A stretch of DNA of 37,640 nucleotides from Octopus bimaculoides (Eukaryota), in NCBI RefSeq assembly GCF_001194135.2, contig NC_068981.1:188178965-188216604 (forward strand). The letters are read 5' to 3'. The stretch's first letter is position 1. Each line of letters starts with the position of its first letter. Below the pieces are notes generated by a model, which saw only the letters and a list, made by a program, of their open reading frames with translations, was not told where the DNA came from and made no database searches. The position numbers were made by a program, and so were the translations under genes. Below, piece by piece: positions 33,456 through 37,640 of the stretch.

Positions 33456-33876
33456 ATATCCGATTGATACCTATTATTATAGTTACTTCTGTTTTCAGAT
33501 TGTCACATTCGTGTTATTCCTATTTCCAGATTATTATATCTAAGGAATTTTTCCATTTGTTTAGAGATGCCTTATCCGTTATTAAAACCGATACTTCAAC
33601 TGGGAAGCAGAACTCTTTCTGGAACCATAGACAACAATATCTGGTAGACTAACTTTGATCACTCATTATATGTGCATTGGCATACCCCAGATTTGGCGTT
33701 TGTGTTATCCTCAGAATTTTTTCTAGTCTATCCTTTTACCAGCTGAGCGCGTAAGTTCCTTATAAGGTTACAGTCATTTCCAATGCATCTAAACCCCGAT
33801 TCTGTCATGTGGATGTACTCCGTCTGGGATAAAATACCAGCCATAGAGACTGTGTCTAATTGTCTCCGGATGCTAT

Positions 33877-33910
<34 letters not shown>

Positions 33911-34392
33911 GTGTGTGTGTGTGTGTGTGTGTAAATGCATATACATATAAGCATAAATATCTATTTACTTGTAAATATATATACTAATAGACAAATGAGT
34001 TTTGTAATACTGTTGTATTACAAAACTCATTTGCTGAAAGAAATGTGAAAAATCCTAAATGTAAATGATCAAACAATAACTCAGTCATTGATATATTAAC
34101 ATCCTAGTCTAAACAAACTATAAAAGCACACGCACTCGCACACATACGCACATACACTTACCATGGCATAATAAACTGCAGTACATATGCATGCGCGCGC
34201 CACACACACTCTACTCGATTAAAAAGGAGTATCAGCCGACTGCTGGTTCATCGTTTTCTCTCTCTGTCTGTTTGCCTGTCTGTCTGGCTGGCTCTCTCTC
34301 TCTCTCTCTCTGTGTCTCTCTCTCTCTCTCGCTTTGTGTGTGAGTAAGTTTTCTCTTTATGGTTGTCATACTCTCGATATTCTCTTGGGACC

Positions 34393-34823
34393 AGGCGGCG
34401 AGCTGGCAGAAACGTTAGCACGCCGGGCGAAATCCTTAGCGGTATTTCGTCTGCCGTTACGTTCTGAGTTCAAATTCCGCTGAAGTCGACTTTGCTTTTC
34501 ATCCTTTCGGGGTCGATAAATAAAGTACCAGTTACGCACTGGGGTGGATGTAATCGACTTAATCCCTTTGTCTGTCCTTGTTTGTCCCCTGTATGTTTAG
34601 CCCCTTCAGGGCAATAAAGAAATAAGAAACGTTAGCACGCTTGGCGAAATGCTTAGCGCTATTTCGTCTGTCTTTATGTTCTGAGTTCAAATTCCACCGA
34701 GGTCAGCTTTGCTTTTCATCCTTTCGGGGACGATAAATTAAGTACCAGTTGCGTACTGGGGTCGATCTAATCGATTGGTTCCCTTCCCCAGAAATTTCGG
34801 GCCATGTGCCTAGAGTAGAAAAT
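34393..34823 (+). mobile_element. Dimeric Meta-like SINE
   Basis: Tail-A monomer + truncated tail-B monomer; 16-bp TSD gatattctc(t/c)tgggac at 34376-34391 and 34824-34839 encloses both. Confidence 0.95.
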
Positions 34824-35760
34824 GATATTCTCCTGGGACGAGGGATTTGTGGATGCCTGTGTGCACGTGCCTACACAGGCTTCTAAAACAACTAGCAAAA
34901 GTGTGGTTAAAACTCCAGGCCACAATCACTTGCGATTGGCGACTAAACAATATAATACTCCCATACCTAGATCAACGAAATTAATGCATTTCACCTTTTT
35001 TTTCTTCCTATTTCGCCATCAGCATTTTCGATGTTATAGGAAGTTAAAACAGTTTTTGAAAGCGTATATATCATTCATTACTGGAAAACATGTACACGCA
35101 TTAAAAATACTCTAGGCATACAATGCCTCTTGCATACACAGAAAAAGCATCTACATCTAATCAGTCGAAAAATGCATACACTTCTTATACCGAAGAAATC
35201 CTTTGAACAGAATTATATGTAATTCAATCCAAATAAATTTAACACACTTCGTTTTTCGCATAAGCAACGAGTAAAAAGTAAATTTAGAACATCTGGTTCT
35301 GTTATTCTTATGAGAAAACATTAATGATTGATTACAATACCCTCTAACGAATCTCTAATTATTCCCCAGAGCAGTCCTGTGCTATCATTACTGATATTTC
35401 TAAACTGTCATTCTTCGTTAAACATTTGGATAGTTTTCTGTAGGTCATTCTAGAGCACAAGATAATTCTGCATGTGCTTTTAGATGAGATCTCGGTTGCG
35501 GAGGTGTCTTTTCTCCGCTGAAGTAGACACTTGTTCTGTGTACTCCTTAGGCATTTCATAATTAAGGGTTTCATTTAATAGCATACAATAAGCCCTGAAT
35601 ATCACCTTTTCAAATTGGAATCAACTTTTCAACTGAAGCTAATTATACGTTCATTCAACTTTCCCGGCATAATTAATCGTTTTCATTGGTTGCATAATAT
35701 TTTGATTTTTTAAAATCGGAACTCTTCCGAAAAACCGCTATAACTAACTGACTTTTGTTC

Positions 35761-36075
35761 TTTTTCTTTCATTCTTTTTACGGTTTCAGGCGTAAGACTG
35801 CGTCCATGCTAGAGCACTGCCTTAATTTGCTTTCTATCGGTTTTGTTTTCGTTTTATGGCTGGAGGTTGGTCTATGATTGAGTTTGTGGCAGCTGATTTT
35901 TCCAGTGTGTGTATCTTTGAATGGTTGGCTGGTCTGGTATCGTCGTTAGGAATTTATCCAATGTTTTTTAATGTTACGGTAGAGGTTCCTTTTATATTTC
36001 TGACTTCTTTAGGTAGACAGTTGAACAGTTGAAGACCTCTAAATGTCAGACTGTTACAATAGAGGGCTGGGGCGA
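35761..36075 (-). mobile_element. CR1/L2-like LINE 3' end
   Basis: LYCNSLTFRGLQLFNCLPKEVRNIKG, frameshift LDKFLTTIPDQP (matches C-terminus of 1790-2735); tail ggcagtgctctagcatggacgcagtc...ctgaaaccgtaaaaagaatgaaag; may extend to ~36300. Confidence 0.85.
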
Positions 36076-36462
36076 GAGGATATTAATGCTCGTGAATTCG
36101 AAGATGGTATATTTGGAAGCTAATAGTAACTGCCACTGGAAATGATATAACAGTCCGATCCCTTGATTGCAGACGTGACTTTGTGTTTGCTGAATTAAAC
36201 ACAACTTCAGCGCATGTTCGCTAATTTTGAAGGAATCAGGATTTGGAAAATGATTCTTTAACCAGGCGTATTTTGCTTTAGAAATTATTCTTTACACAGT
36301 ACCATTTGTCAATGCAACGGACGATTTAGTAAATATTTTTCTTATAACCTAAATCTTACTTATAAGTTTTCTCATATAATCGTCCATATCAACGGCTAGA
36401 TTTCAAGACGTTTATGTTCGACTAACAAATTAGAAATTTAAATTTTAAGTTTCACAAGATAT

Positions 36463-36850
36463 TTATTACCTCCGCCTTCGCTAGGGCGGAGGTATTGTTT
36501 TCACTCGTGTTTGTTTGTTTGTTTGCTTGTTTGTCCGGGGACAAGATATCTCGAGAACCGCTGGACGGATTCGGATGAAACGTTCAGGGATGTTTGGCCT
36601 CGTGACTGACACGAACTGATTAGATTTTGAGATCGATCCGGTACCGGAAAGGATTTTGGATTATATTTCGTGTTTTTTTTTTTTTTTTACTAAATTTTTG
36701 AGAGCAATCGGGTTGATTTTTAGTATTCTCGTTTGTGAGAGCAGTCGAGTTTATTTCAGATATTCTCATTTTAAAAGTTATCTCTGGCTAATCGTTGAGA
36801 AGACGTTGGTGTTGCCTTGGCGGAGGTTTTGCCTCTCTGGCTGCTCTTGA
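36463..36850 (+). mobile_element. Helentron-associated non-autonomous element (HINE/DINE-1-like)
   Basis: 5' subTIR tacctccgcc 36467-36476 with inverted copy 36485-36494, (GTTT)n tract, 3' subTIR ggcggaggt 36819-36827, T-rich 5' flank. Confidence 0.8.
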
Positions 36851-37640
36851 TCCTATTGTATTATGATACCTTTTTTTTTTTTTTTTTCAAATAAGGAAAT
36901 AAACGTTTCCAAAATAATCCAAATTCACCTTTATTAAAGCTATAACAGTTTTTCAGTTGAGCTGATATCTTGATATCTGTACGTTATGGTGATTAGATCG
37001 TTTCTTGAACTTCTCAAATAATCCACGAGATGCATTGAACGTGTGAATGACTTCCATAGATTCTTATTGCATTTAACGCCTCTTATTAGATAATGGTTTC
37101 TTGGAGTGGTGGGTGGCGAGTGGAATATCTTCTCAAGCATTTAGTTCCTCAATCTTTTCTCATGATTTTATAACGCATTTCTGTTAGTTTAGAAGCGTGT
37201 ACACTCGCTTGCGTTTTATTTTGTCATATTAGTCATTGTAGTTTCATTAAGTTGACAATGCAACTTTCACTAACATTTTTTGTTGTTTTCTCTTACCTTT
37301 TATAATAATCTTTAATTTATCTTATGACGTTGCTTTTCATTTACGATATGGGAAAGGATAACAAGAAAGGATTTTTTTCTTTTGGTTATAGCGCTTTGAG
37401 AATTTTCTAAATTATTACGCATCTGCTACGATGTAACACGACTCAACGCTTCAAACCACAAAACCAAATCAAGTATTCGCGCTAATAGATTCCGATTTAA
37501 ACTGGAAATTCTGGACTCGGTTAAATAACGAAAATAGGTTGTTTTCGTGATTTTTGTTGTTGATAGACGAGAAATATATATATAATATTTATTACCTCTT
37601 ATATATACATATATAGATAGATATAGATATATACCTATAT

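Noticed and set aside
33878-33932. (CA)n-(TG)n fold-back; likewise (AAT)n-(ATT)n at ~31100-31150
   Set aside because: Common inverted microsatellite junctions with no further structure
35359-35574. 71-aa ORF (also 31724-32064 and 33410-33652 ORFs)
   Set aside because: No recognisable motifs in any frame and lengths compatible with chance; possible unrecognised TE debris

Overview
AT-rich eukaryotic, repeat-dense draft-assembly DNA with four N gaps (771-852, 4686-4937, 13466-13475, 25303-25571). The SINE families, microsatellite load and R4/Dong, CR1-like and RTE-like relics strongly suggest an Octopus (coleoid cephalopod) intergenic or intronic region; this is inferred from recognised repeat sequences, not from a search. 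No intact protein-coding gene, tRNA, rRNA or CRISPR array can be supported, and almost every ORF in the track is a microsatellite or repeat artefact. Contents: about 14 clear monomers of a tRNA-derived SINE with a Meta-like central domain (several with 15-17 bp target-site duplications, two as an identical-junction dimer), several CORE-type and other tRNA-head SINEs, two CR1/L2-like LINE fragments, four R4/Dong (RLE) LINE fragments, a decayed hAT transposase absent from the ORF track, a Helentron-type non-autonomous element and a ~0.9 kb higher-order GA-rich satellite. The most notable observation is four unrelated hammerhead-ribozyme-like motifs, one with an intact core and the palindromic helix III of Penelope-type minimal hammerheads. 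Also notable are an RLE LINE bounded by (CATA)n on both sides and 3' tails shared between LINEs and SINEs.
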